In this document: positions 40,437 to 50,198 of the stretch, one piece after another | Layout: the number at the start of each line of letters is the position of its first letter | Position numbering within the stretch: position 1 is the stretch's first letter | NCBI GenBank assembly: GCA_032128875.1 | Contig: JAVLKG010000002.1 | Span: 352,001-416,000 of the forward strand | Reading direction: 5' to 3' | DNA from: Candidatus Melainabacteria bacterium 17Bon1m | Lineage (GTDB): Bacteria; Cyanobacteriota; Vampirovibrionia; Obscuribacterales; Obscuribacteraceae | DNA: 64,000 nucleotides | Notes under the pieces: generated by a model | What the model was told of the DNA's origin: nothing | Databases searched by the model: none | Seen by the model: only the letters and a program-made list of their open reading frames with translations | Program-made: the position numbers and the translations under genes

Positions 40437-42536
40437 TCAATTGAGCTGAGAAGAGGCTCTTTTCCAAATTACATTTTTCGGAGCCAGCTTTTTCTCGAAG
40501 TGTTGAACTTGTGCGGGGGTGAATATCTTGTCTGATAAGCGAATTGACAAAAGTTTCGGCATGCTCTTTAGAGTCGGAATGACTTTGGTTGTGACAGGAC
40601 AAGATTCAAGGTCAATATGCAAAAGGTTTTTCAGTCCTTGCAACTTCTTGATTGCCTCGTCGGTTACGAAATGATTATTGGTCAAGTCAAGGCGTTGCAG
40701 CGTTGGCATTTGACCTAGCAAAGAAATGTCGTCGGGTGTTAGCTCACAATTATTGAGTTCGAGAATTTCTATTTGATTTGCTGCTTTGAGTTTTTGCAAA
40801 ACAGAGGTTATACCTGTTATGAAGCCACAATTGAGCTGTTTCAGCTGCGCCAGATTCGACAAGGTCGTGATGTCTTTTCCGGTAAGATTTGTGCCCTTTA
40901 GATTCAGATATTTCAAATTTCGGATCTTCGATATCTGTCGCAAATTGTCTTTGTCACAGGCGCTACTCTCTAAGCCCAGATATTCGAGATTGGTATAACT
41001 TTCAACCGGTTTGAGAATTGCTGCCAGGTTGTTCTGGACGCCCGTCAGCTTGAATCCTCCCAGCTCATCCGGGCGGAATTTCGAAAAAATAATTGGAGAA
41101 GCGGATATTGCTTGATCGAAATCAATATAGAGAGGCTTGAAACTTTCGTATACTTTTACGCCCGTGGCATGTCCACCAACATTCGGCAACATATTGAAGC
41201 TCCAATCTTCGTTATGCAGAACTCCCAAAGTTTCACTTGTTGGAAAACGGAATATTCTCTTCTTTCCATCGTTTAGTAGTGTGGAAAACGGCTTTGAATC
41301 TAGGTTCATTAAGCCATTTTTCACAGACTCTAGATCTACAAGCGGTGAGCCTTCCGCTCTGTCTTTCTCTTTGGATTCCTTTGGTGTTTTTACCGCCGTC
41401 TCTTGAGGTGAAGAGGTTTCACCTCGATAGACATAACCAAGAAAAAAGCCTGCTGCGATCATTGCCACAGAGCAAATTCCCAGAATGATATGATTGTCGT
41501 GTCTTTTGACTGGACTTATTCTTTTCTCTGTCCCTATAAGAGTTTGGCGGGAATCATTCGCAACATTTTCATTGAACGATTGTCCTTGCTCGATAGCGAC
41601 CAGATCTGCAGTAAGCATGTTGGCACTTTGATATCGCTTCGCCGGATCCTTTTCCAAAAGTTTTGAAACAACAAACTCTATGGATTCCGGAAATTCCAGC
41701 CCCAGGGATGCTTGCCTCAGTGTAAGCGGAGCCTCGTTTTGATGCTTCATCATCGTTGACAGAGCATTCTCGCCCACCATCGGCGGTGCTCCTGTCAAAG
41801 ATTCAAACATTACACACCCCATCGAGTAGAGGTCTGACCTGTGATCTACTGCTGTTCCCCTGCACTGTTCAGGGCTCATATACAAGGGGCTTCCAAAAAT
41901 CTCCCCAGTGCGTGTCAGAGTCTGCTGATTATATTCGTCCTGACCGGTGAGCTTTGCTATTCCAAAATCTACGACTTTGACTGTGCCTCCTAGGGAGCCG
42001 GAAGCGTTTTTCACCAGCATGATGTTTGATGGTTTGATATCGCGATGTATCACGCCATTTGCGTGTGCATAGGCAAGGGCAAAACCAACCTGGATAAAGA
42101 TCTTCAGTACTTGTTGAAGGGAGAGGGTTCCGCGCGCTGTAAGCTCCTGCGCAAGCGTCGTTCCATTAACGAGGTCCATTACGAAGTAAGGCTGACCGTC
42201 TGCGAGCAAACCCGAATCGTGAACGCGGATCAGGTTTGGATGGTCGAGTTTGTTGGCCGCGCGCGCCTCGTTTTCAAAACGACGCCAAATTGCGTCGTTG
42301 CCTTGTTTGTGATTCAAACATTTTAAAGCGTAGTAAGTCTCTAGTGCCAAGTGTTTCACCTTGAACACACTGCCCATGCCGCCGGTTCCAAGATGTTCTA
42401 CAACGACAAACTTTTGCATTATGACATTGCCTGGTGCCAACAAAACAGGCGAATCATAAGCGTTGAGCCCTGGTGCTCCGGTAGTTTTATCCTGACCGGC
42501 AAGGTCTTGTGGAGTATGCGGAGTGTTTGGGCTCAT
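40437..42536 (-). CDS. Hanks-type Ser/Thr kinase-TM-LRR protein (2nd in operon)
   Basis: [14 protein letters not shown] and DFG motifs, TM helix and LRRs (LEYLGL, LKYLNL, LQRLDL). Confidence 0.9.
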   Translation of the reverse strand: MSPNTPHTPQDLAGQDKTTGAPGLNAYDSPVLLAPGNVIMQKFVVVEHLGTGGMGSVFKVKHLALETYYALKCLNHKQGNDAIWRRFENEARAANKLDHPNLIRVHDSGLLADGQPYFVMDLVNGTTLAQELTARGTLSLQQVLKIFIQVGFALAYAHANGVIHRDIKPSNIMLVKNASGSLGGTVKVVDFGIAKLTGQDEYNQQTLTRTGEIFGSPLYMSPEQCRGTAVDHRSDLYSMGCVMFESLTGAPPMVGENALSTMMKHQNEAPLTLRQASLGLEFPESIEFVVSKLLEKDPAKRYQSANMLTADLVAIEQGQSFNENVANDSRQTLIGTEKRISPVKRHDNHIILGICSVAMIAAGFFLGYVYRGETSSPQETAVKTPKESKEKDRAEGSPLVDLESVKNGLMNLDSKPFSTLLNDGKKRIFRFPTSETLGVLHNEDWSFNMLPNVGGHATGVKVYESFKPLYIDFDQAISASPIIFSKFRPDELGGFKLTGVQNNLAAILKPVESYTNLEYLGLESSACDKDNLRQISKIRNLKYLNLKGTNLTGKDITTLSNLAQLKQLNCGFITGITSVLQKLKAANQIEILELNNCELTPDDISLLGQMPTLQRLDLTNNHFVTDEAIKKLQGLKNLLHIDLESCPVTTKVIPTLKSMPKLLSIRLSDKIFTPAQVQHFEKKLAPKNVIWKRASSQLN

Positions 42537-44650
42537 GGAACTGTGAAGGTCTCTAACACGTAATTGAGCTGTACTTGTCCCCCGGATTCCTTTTGAAGTG
42601 GCCGCACTGCTAAATTGGGAATCTCTTCGCGAAGTCTTTTAAGACGTTCTCTCGAGAAATTGAAATTACTGATTACTACTTCTGCTCTAATAGACTTGAT
42701 TTCTTGCAGCGCTTTTTCTGAAATCGGTATGCCTTCCAAATTGAGGTACTTGAGATGCTTTAGTGATGAGAGTGCTTTTAGACCCTCACCAGTCATCTCC
42801 TTATTGAACTTTATGTCGAGGTTTATAAGGTTGTTTAATTTGCTTAGTGCGCTCAAGTCTTTAGGTTTTAGCCCACATCGTTTTAACCGGAGGCTAGAAA
42901 TATTTTTGCTGTTTTTCAGCGCTTCGACTAACTTTGATCCTCCGCTGGCGGAGTTCACGTTTATGCAAGTAAGGTTATTCAAATTTTGCATATGAGCCAA
43001 CTCATCAGCGTCAATTTGGCTGCCGCAGAAAGAAACAAGTTGAAGCTTGGGAAGTCTACCTATCTGCAAGATGTCTTGATTGTCGATCCAGGTGCCGTCA
43101 AGGTCGAGATAGGTCAAATTTTGCTGTTGCGGAAGCACTCGCAGCAGTTCTTTACCGCCGCGGTGCGCATTCTGCAATATCAGAGCGCCGAGTTCGCCAG
43201 GTCTGAATTTTTCCAGCATCTTCGGATAGATGAAGAGTTGCGCTGAGCCCGCAAATGCAAGGGGACCGGCCGGAACTTTCTGTTCGCCTTTTGCATGGGC
43301 GACGAAGACAGGATATTGATCACCTTTTGATCTTCCGATGAGGCCGATGTCGACGTTTGGGAAATTGCACAAAATTTCTTTGCCGCTCGGTTTTGTGAAA
43401 TAGGCTTTTCCTGTATTCATATACGGATCGGCGCCTTTCGGGGAGCCTCCATCCATAATCTCCATGAATTCACCAGGAATGCCAACCGTATTTTCTTCAA
43501 TTGATTTGACTGGAATTGGTGTCTTTGGCGCAGCTGTTTGCGAAGGCAGAGTACTGTTGCCTGTCAGATAACCCAGTGCATACGAGCCTAGAATAATTAG
43601 TGAACAGACGATATTGCGTGTGCTGAATAGTTGGTTTGCGTCTGATGCAAGCTTGCCCTTTTGTGCTGTTGTAAGCAGTGGTTGACGTCGAGATTCATCG
43701 GTCTCATGCAGTGTTTGCTGAATATTGACTAAAGTTGCTGTCAGCAGTTGTGCATTCGAATAACGTTTGTCAGGATCCTTTTCCAACAGCTTCGCCACCA
43801 CTTCTTCGATGGATGTGGGAAACTCAATGCCCATCGAGGCCTCTTTCAAGCTGAGTGGTTTTTCCGATTGATGTTTCATCATCGTAGAAAGTGCGTTCTC
43901 GCCTATCAAAGGAGGCGCACCAGTTAGAGCCTCATAAATTACGCAACCCAAGGAATAAAGATCCGACCTGCGGTCGACAGCAATTCCCATGCATTGCTCT
44001 GGGCTCATGTATAGAGGACTTCCGAATATTTCTCCTGTCCTCGTCAATGTTTGTTGGTTGAGTTCTTCTTCTGCGCTCCATTTAGCGATGCCGAGGTCGA
44101 CCAATTTGACACTCGAGCATAAGCTTCCTGCCGTGTTTTCTATCAGCATGATATTGCTTGGTTTTAAATCACGGTGAATCAAACCGTTTTCGTGTGCATA
44201 CGCAAGTGCAAAACCTACTTGAATGAAAATATTCAAGGTCTGAGCAAGGGAAAGGCGACCTTTCATCTTGAGATGATCGGCAAGAGTCATACCAGGCACA
44301 TATTCCATTACGAGAAACGGCTGGCCGTCAGCTGTAAGACCAGAATCGTGCACCTTGATCAAGTTTGGGTGGTCGAGACGATTAGCCGCTCTAGCTTCGA
44401 TCTCGAAGCGACGTGCGCTTGATTCGCTGGCGTGAGTATCGAGAACTTTTAGAGCATAATCCGTCTGCAAAATGACATGGCGGACGTGATAAACGCTGCC
44501 CATACCGCCGCGTCCCAGTAGACTCAAGACTTGATAGCGATCTTGAATAATCGAATCTGTTTCAAGAGGCGCGCCTGCTTTCGGCTGCGCATGAACAAGT
44601 TCAATTGTTCGGTCGTCAATCCCTGCTTGTCCTGCCTGGCTACTCGTCAT
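42533..44650 (-). CDS. Hanks-type Ser/Thr kinase-TM-LRR protein (1st in operon)
   Basis: GRGGMG, HRDLKPSN and DLG motifs, TM helix and LRRs (LTYLDL, LKYLNL), with a GAGGA SD. Confidence 0.9.
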   Translation of the reverse strand: MTSSQAGQAGIDDRTIELVHAQPKAGAPLETDSIIQDRYQVLSLLGRGGMGSVYHVRHVILQTDYALKVLDTHASESSARRFEIEARAANRLDHPNLIKVHDSGLTADGQPFLVMEYVPGMTLADHLKMKGRLSLAQTLNIFIQVGFALAYAHENGLIHRDLKPSNIMLIENTAGSLCSSVKLVDLGIAKWSAEEELNQQTLTRTGEIFGSPLYMSPEQCMGIAVDRRSDLYSLGCVIYEALTGAPPLIGENALSTMMKHQSEKPLSLKEASMGIEFPTSIEEVVAKLLEKDPDKRYSNAQLLTATLVNIQQTLHETDESRRQPLLTTAQKGKLASDANQLFSTRNIVCSLIILGSYALGYLTGNSTLPSQTAAPKTPIPVKSIEENTVGIPGEFMEIMDGGSPKGADPYMNTGKAYFTKPSGKEILCNFPNVDIGLIGRSKGDQYPVFVAHAKGEQKVPAGPLAFAGSAQLFIYPKMLEKFRPGELGALILQNAHRGGKELLRVLPQQQNLTYLDLDGTWIDNQDILQIGRLPKLQLVSFCGSQIDADELAHMQNLNNLTCINVNSASGGSKLVEALKNSKNISSLRLKRCGLKPKDLSALSKLNNLINLDIKFNKEMTGEGLKALSSLKHLKYLNLEGIPISEKALQEIKSIRAEVVISNFNFSRERLKRLREEIPNLAVRPLQKESGGQVQLNYVLETFTVP

Positions 44651-44985
44651 CCGGTCCTCGAAAACTCGGTTGCAAATTAGTTGCTGGCGGGTGCCTTGTG
44701 CACGGTTGGCAGCGTCTGAGCTCCAGTATCAGGAGTCAGAACAAGGGACGTACGCGGCCGACAGTATGAGTAACCCTGTGGTTTTATTCCCTAGACAGTG
44801 ACCTTCTAGACAGACTTGGCTCGTATCGCCTCATTTCCCAGTTAAAAACTGGGATTGTCAAGCGATCGCTCGAGATTTTGTGGGATAGAATTAGACAACT
44901 TTCACTATTTGCGCGCGGAAGTCCCATAGCTCAAGGCCTAGTTGCCTTCGGCGGATTTGTCGCGCCTACCTCCCTGGCTAAGGTG

Positions 44986-45201
44986 ATGTTTATGGTTGAC
45001 ACTGGCTTAATTATTAAGTCCGACAGAGAAGGGCAACCTGCGCTCTTTTTCAAGACCGATGCTCGCGAAATCCTTCCACCTCAAACGCACGCAGAGCGCA
45101 TGGAATGGGTTCGTTCATCATTCTCTCGCTTCTACACTCAAATTGAAGAGAATGATTATGCCTATCAAGTCAAGACTGCTGCGGCTTTGACCCGTTTCTA
45201 G
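44986..45201 (+). CDS. small hypothetical protein
   Basis: ORF of about 71 aa after an AAGGTG SD-like sequence. The start is uncertain (44986 or 44992). Confidence 0.4.
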   Translation: MFMVDTGLIIKSDREGQPALFFKTDAREILPPQTHAERMEWVRSSFSRFYTQIEENDYAYQVKTAAALTRF

Positions 45202-45333
45202 AGCCGATCTGATTCATTGCGTCATGTTGCAGCTTAAAGCCAAGCTGCAAGCCATAAAATAGCGTATTTGCTTTGACTGCCATATAATGTTCAATCCGCT
45301 TGCAACTTTGGTTTGCAGGCGAAAGAGGCTTGT

Positions 45334-46701
45334 ATGGCTGGCAATTCAACTTTGGACGAAAAAGCTGCTCGACGTGTTTTCGTCGAAACTTTCGGCTGCC
45401 AAATGAATAAAGCCGACTCGGAAAACATGCTTGGTCTTTTGAGCGAGATTGGCTATGAGCAAACACTCGATTCCAAGCAAGCCGATCTTTTGATTTTAAA
45501 TACATGTGCAATTCGAGAAGGTGCCGAAGATAAGGTCTTCAGTTACCTGGGTGCATGGGGCAAGCAAAAGAGAAAACGCCCTGAATTAATGATTGCCGTG
45601 GGCGGTTGCGTCGCTCAAGAAAAAGGCGGCTCGATTCTCACTCGGATGCCTTACATCGATATTGTTTTTGGCACGCATAATCTCAATCGGCTACCAGACC
45701 TTGTTTTGAAAGCCAGGAATGAGAAAAAGAGCGTTGTAGAAATTGTTCAAGAACTGCCGGAAGATTTGCCCGAATTGCCTGTCATCAGACAAAGTGATTT
45801 TTCCGCATGGGTTTCTGTGATTTATGGTTGTGACTACAACTGCACCTATTGCATCGTGCCTTATGTTCGTGGCCGCGAGAAAAGCAGAACCGCAGAAGCG
45901 ATTGAAAAGGAAATCGAAGAATTGACGGCTGCAGGTTACCTTGAGGTGACTTTGCTCGGACAAAATGTCACCGCTTATGGTCATGACCTCGATCCAAAAA
46001 TTCACTTGGGAGATTTGATCCGGCGCCTGGAAAAATATAAAGATCTGAAGAGAATCCGCTTCCTGACTGGACACCCTCGCGATCTTCAAGACGGCATTAT
46101 CGATGCTGTTTACGAAGTTGAAAGTGCGTGTGAGTATTTCCATATTCCCATTCAAGCCGGAAGCGATCGTACATTGCGTCGCATGGCACGCGGATATCAA
46201 GTCGATTTCTACAAGCGGCTTATAGAGAAGATTCGCAATAAGATGCCAGAAGCTTCAATTACCAGCGATTTGATTGTCGGTTTTCCTGGTGAAACAGAGC
46301 AAGAGTTCATGGATACTGTCAATCTCGTAGAAGAGATTCAGTTCGACTCCTGCAACACCGCAGCGTATTCACCAAGACCCCATACGCATTCTGCTTCATG
46401 GGCTGATCAACTTCCGGAACATGAGAAGTATGAGCGCTTGCGTTTTCTGAATTCTGTCGTCGGTGATGTTTCGCACAAGATCAACAAACGCTACGTAGGA
46501 AGACGCGAAGAAGTTCTCGTTGAGGGCGAAAGCCAGCGTGATGCAACTCGTTTGACGGGTAGAACACGCACGAATAAAGTAGTCAATTTTGAAGGCGATA
46601 AGTCACTGAAAGGAAAGCTTGTCGACGTCGAGATTCAGTCCGCAAATCCATGGGCACTGCGCGGCTCTCTTTGTGCTGCTGCAGTCCATGTAGTTAAGTG
46701 A
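45334..46701 (+). CDS. miaB: tRNA-2-methylthio-N6-dimethylallyladenosine synthase
   Basis: TFGCQMNKADSE, NTCAIRE, GGCVAQ, radical SAM CDYNCTYC, YSPRP and a TRAM domain. Confidence 0.95.
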   Translation: MAGNSTLDEKAARRVFVETFGCQMNKADSENMLGLLSEIGYEQTLDSKQADLLILNTCAIREGAEDKVFSYLGAWGKQKRKRPELMIAVGGCVAQEKGGSILTRMPYIDIVFGTHNLNRLPDLVLKARNEKKSVVEIVQELPEDLPELPVIRQSDFSAWVSVIYGCDYNCTYCIVPYVRGREKSRTAEAIEKEIEELTAAGYLEVTLLGQNVTAYGHDLDPKIHLGDLIRRLEKYKDLKRIRFLTGHPRDLQDGIIDAVYEVESACEYFHIPIQAGSDRTLRRMARGYQVDFYKRLIEKIRNKMPEASITSDLIVGFPGETEQEFMDTVNLVEEIQFDSCNTAAYSPRPHTHSASWADQLPEHEKYERLRFLNSVVGDVSHKINKRYVGRREEVLVEGESQRDATRLTGRTRTNKVVNFEGDKSLKGKLVDVEIQSANPWALRGSLCAAAVHVVK

Positions 46702-46739
46702 TTTCATTTTAGTAGGAAGGGAGAGTTAGTTTTAAAGCC

Positions 46740-47258
46740 ATGTCTGAGTCAAAATCAACGACAGCCGCTCAACTCAATCATGTAATCCGCGAATTTGTTG
46801 CGGATGACTTGGCGGCACTCAAGAATTGTTTCGTCGAGCTGCAAGAGTTCGAGCGCGAATTGGTAAGTCATCGTCTGCCCGGTGAGGAAATTGCCGACCG
46901 TTATATTCAAGCTTTGCTGCAACGAAAGAAAGATGGTTCTGCCGAAATTTTTGTAGCAGAAGTAGACGGAAAGGCAGTTGGGTTTTTAAGTGTCCTCCTC
47001 AGTGAAAAGCTGGATGCGGACTTGAATGAGCCCATTGAACTTGCTTACTTGTCCGATATCGTCATCTTGAAAGAATTTCGCAAAGGCGGCATCGGCGAAT
47101 CTCTGGTGAAGCGCGCCGAGCAATATGCGGTCGCCAAGAAAGCCATGTACCTTTCGGCCAATGTTTTGGCAAACAATAAAGGTGGCCGTGCCCTTTATGG
47201 CAAAGCTGGATTCAACGAGTATGAGCTTCTCATGCTTAAGAAATTGCCGACGCCGTAG
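46740..47258 (+). CDS. GNAT family N-acetyltransferase
   Basis: FVAEVDGKAVGF, FRKGGIGESL and ALYGKAGF motifs. Confidence 0.88.
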   Translation: MSESKSTTAAQLNHVIREFVADDLAALKNCFVELQEFERELVSHRLPGEEIADRYIQALLQRKKDGSAEIFVAEVDGKAVGFLSVLLSEKLDADLNEPIELAYLSDIVILKEFRKGGIGESLVKRAEQYAVAKKAMYLSANVLANNKGGRALYGKAGFNEYELLMLKKLPTP

Positions 47259-47262
47259 AAAT

Positions 47263-47943
47263 TTAGATTCTCAGAAGTCGGAAATATTCCTGCAAGTCCA
47301 TTCTGGAAATGCCTGCGTTTTCCGGCGCCCAGTGCTCGTCATAAGCTTTTGAAATTGCCTCGATGTTTCGCAGCAGAAAAATGAGGAAAGACTTTTCGCG
47401 CCATCCGGTTAATTCGTCTGTTGCTGCATTTTGCAACTCCTGGCGGCTGAGAAACCCGTCGCCGTCTTGATCCATGCTGTCAAAAGTTTTTAAGGCATAT
47501 TCGTGGATATCTTGAAACGTTTGACTCAGGTTGATCCCGCCTGACGGAATCGGTACTTTTTTCCAGGCATCTGCGCGCGGTGCCGCCTCACAGGTGCCAT
47601 CCTCGCGTACTTCGATTTGTTCGAAATACTCTTGCAAATCAACTCGCGAGATACCGCGCTTTTCCACTGCCCATTCTTCTTCGTAAGCAGCGCAGATGTC
47701 CTCGATGCGGCGAATGAGAAACAGTAAAAATGACTTTTCTCGCCATCCGGCGGTCGGATCTGTAAATGCATTGGATAGCTCAGTTTGGGTAACGAAACCG
47801 TCGCCATCAAGGTCGAGGCTGTCGTACGCTCCATAAGCGAACACTTTTATGTCGTTGAGTGAAGTCTTGATACAGATACCGTCCTGGGATCTCAGCCAGG
47901 CTGTCTGTGATTGCTCGGCTTGTTGCTGCGATGTGCCTGTCAC
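47263..47943 (-). CDS. EF-hand protein made of two tandem ~90-aa repeats
   Basis: DLDGDGFVTQTE and DQDGDGFLSRQE loops, each followed by GWREKSFL...GISRxDLQEYF. Confidence 0.8.
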   Translation of the reverse strand: MTGTSQQQAEQSQTAWLRSQDGICIKTSLNDIKVFAYGAYDSLDLDGDGFVTQTELSNAFTDPTAGWREKSFLLFLIRRIEDICAAYEEEWAVEKRGISRVDLQEYFEQIEVREDGTCEAAPRADAWKKVPIPSGGINLSQTFQDIHEYALKTFDSMDQDGDGFLSRQELQNAATDELTGWREKSFLIFLLRNIEAISKAYDEHWAPENAGISRMDLQEYFRLLRI

Positions 47944-48077
47944 TAGCTGACCCTCAATAAACGCTCAGGTGTTCTTCTATTATCGGTACTTGCCCGTTAG
48001 CAAGGCCTGATAAACAGCTCGTAAACCCGCGTCCTGCGCTCGCTGTATCCCCATAAAGGGTTATAATAGCGGTCGTT

Positions 48078-49124
48078 ATGCAAGACCAGGCACCTGTTAA
48101 GACGGCAATTAATGCCGAGGAAATTAAGTCCGCTTCCACTTTGTTGAAGGCGGGGCAGCTTGTCGCATTTCCTACAGAGACCGTCTATGGGCTTGGCTGC
48201 GATGCCGCCAATGTAGAGGCTCTGGCCAGGCTCTATCGTGTTAAAGGACGACCAGGCACCCACCCTGTGATTGTTCACCTGGCTTCAGTAGAGCAGCTCA
48301 AAGATTGGGCACAAACAGTTCCGGCCGAAGCTCTGGCATTGGCGAAGAAGTTTTGGCCAGGGCCTATGACTCTCATTTTGAAGAAATCGGATAAAGTGCT
48401 GCCCGAGGTGAGCGGAGGCCAAGACACTGTTGGTCTTAGAATCCCTTCTCATCCCGTGGCGCTTGCTCTCTTGAAGGAATTCAAATCCGGGATTGCCGCC
48501 CCTTCTGCTAATAGACACGGCAGAATCAGCCCCACCACAGCCGCACATGTGAAGTCTGAGCTCGGAGATCTCGTCGCTAAAGTGCTTGATGGCGGAAATT
48601 GTACGGTCGGAATTGAGTCGACAATCGTTGATCTTTCCAGTGACAAACCACGCATTTTAAGACCTGGAATGATCACGCTCGAGGCCATTGAAGCTGCCCT
48701 GAACGAAGCTAAGCAGAAAGAGAAAAAATCCAGCTCAAAGAAGAGACCAGCGACTGAATCAAAGTCTTCTACTGCTTCGGAAAATACTGTTATTCCTCGA
48801 GCTCCTGGTTCTATGTCCAGTCATTACGCGCCAACAACTGGATTGAAACTGTTTGCTCATCATAATCTTCCACGCGCTATCGCTACATCTGAAAGCCTCT
48901 CTATGAAGATTTCCGTGATGGCATTTTCAGCTCCCATCGTCTCTTCCTGTGTAATTACATGGAAGCAGCTGTCTGAAGATCCTAACGAATGCGCCCGCCA
49001 GCTTTATGCATACATGCGGGAGTTGGATACCTCTGGTGCCGACTACATTGTCGTAGAGGAGCCGCCGGAGCTGCCTGAATGGATGGGGATTTTGGACCGC
49101 TTGCGCAGAGCTGCTAACGGATAG
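48078..49124 (+). CDS. sua5: threonylcarbamoyl-AMP synthase (two-domain Sua5 type)
   Basis: VAFPTETVYGLG, KGRP, FWPGPMT, AAPSAN, GIESTIVD, APG..SHYAP and DRLRRAA motifs. Confidence 0.95.
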   Translation: MQDQAPVKTAINAEEIKSASTLLKAGQLVAFPTETVYGLGCDAANVEALARLYRVKGRPGTHPVIVHLASVEQLKDWAQTVPAEALALAKKFWPGPMTLILKKSDKVLPEVSGGQDTVGLRIPSHPVALALLKEFKSGIAAPSANRHGRISPTTAAHVKSELGDLVAKVLDGGNCTVGIESTIVDLSSDKPRILRPGMITLEAIEAALNEAKQKEKKSSSKKRPATESKSSTASENTVIPRAPGSMSSHYAPTTGLKLFAHHNLPRAIATSESLSMKISVMAFSAPIVSSCVITWKQLSEDPNECARQLYAYMRELDTSGADYIVVEEPPELPEWMGILDRLRRAANG

Positions 49125-49172
49125 ATATTTGCATTTGGTTATCGAACAACGCGAGGTTTTACAGAGAGTCCG

Positions 49173-50177
49173 ATGGCAGATATAGACAAGAAACTGGAAG
49201 GCAACGTCGAAGGCGACTTTTTTGTTGATTCGACTTGCCAGAACATGGATATCTGTCGGCAGATAGCTCCGGAAAACTTCACTTACTGGCAAGATTATGC
49301 AGTTGTGAGCAAACAGCCAGAGGGTGCAAAAGAAACAAAGCAGGCACTGCAGGCGGTGCTTTGTTGTCCTTATGGCTCAATCGGGACGAGTAATAAAACC
49401 GGACTCGCTGACGCAATGCAAGATTTCCCGATTCAGATCGAGAATGAAGTTTATTTTTGCGGATTCAATTCGCCCAAGACTTCCGGTGGCAACAGTTATT
49501 TCATACAACACAAAGGGGGCAATTGGCTTGTCACCGCTCCTAAGTTTCAAGCACAGCTAGTGAAGAAGCTGGAGAATATGGGCGGTGTAGCATATATCTT
49601 TCTGTCCCATCGAGACGATGCCGGCGATGCTGAAAAATTTGCTCAGCACTTCAAGGCAAAACGAATTATCCACAGGCATGAATTAGAAGCTCAGCCGCAC
49701 GCTGAGGAGGTTTTGAACGAGACAGAGACATACGATTTTCAGCCTGAATTCACTGTTGTTCCATCTCCTGGCCATACAGAAGGTCACATGATGTTGATCT
49801 ATAAGAACAAATATTTGTTCTCCGGAGATTCTCTTTATTACGATCGCAAAGAAACAAGGCTGGAAATTTGGAATCCGCTCTGGACCTGGTATTCATTTGA
49901 AGAGCAGATCATGTCTATGGAGAAGCTCTTGAATCGTGAATTCGAATGGCTTTTACCGGCCCACGGTCAGCGTGTCCATCTGGATAAGTCTCAAATGAAA
50001 CAGCAACTCCAGGATGCAATTGACCGAGCCTGGCAATTACCGGACCCGGAAGCTGCGAGTTCACTGCGCGTTCAGATATTAGAGCAGTACGCTGATGAGC
50101 TGCGCACCGGAAAACAACCCGAATATGCCAAACTCATTCAAGCCAAGGCAGATTGGCTGAGAACACTCATCAAATAG
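49173..50177 (+). CDS. ferredoxin-fused metallo-beta-lactamase-fold hydrolase
   Basis: N-terminal FFVDSTC..C...CP ferredoxin-like region, plus SHRDD, PGHTEGH, FSGDSL and LLPAHG motifs. Confidence 0.82.
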   Translation: MADIDKKLEGNVEGDFFVDSTCQNMDICRQIAPENFTYWQDYAVVSKQPEGAKETKQALQAVLCCPYGSIGTSNKTGLADAMQDFPIQIENEVYFCGFNSPKTSGGNSYFIQHKGGNWLVTAPKFQAQLVKKLENMGGVAYIFLSHRDDAGDAEKFAQHFKAKRIIHRHELEAQPHAEEVLNETETYDFQPEFTVVPSPGHTEGHMMLIYKNKYLFSGDSLYYDRKETRLEIWNPLWTWYSFEEQIMSMEKLLNREFEWLLPAHGQRVHLDKSQMKQQLQDAIDRAWQLPDPEAASSLRVQILEQYADELRTGKQPEYAKLIQAKADWLRTLIK

Positions 50178-50198
50178 ATGAAGCAGTAGAATGGATGT

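Noticed and set aside
36214-44650. Diversity-generating retroelement or recent exact duplication behind the kinase array
   Set aside because: No reverse transcriptase and no near-identical TR/VR pair are visible. The copies differ at many synonymous sites, consistent with older duplication.
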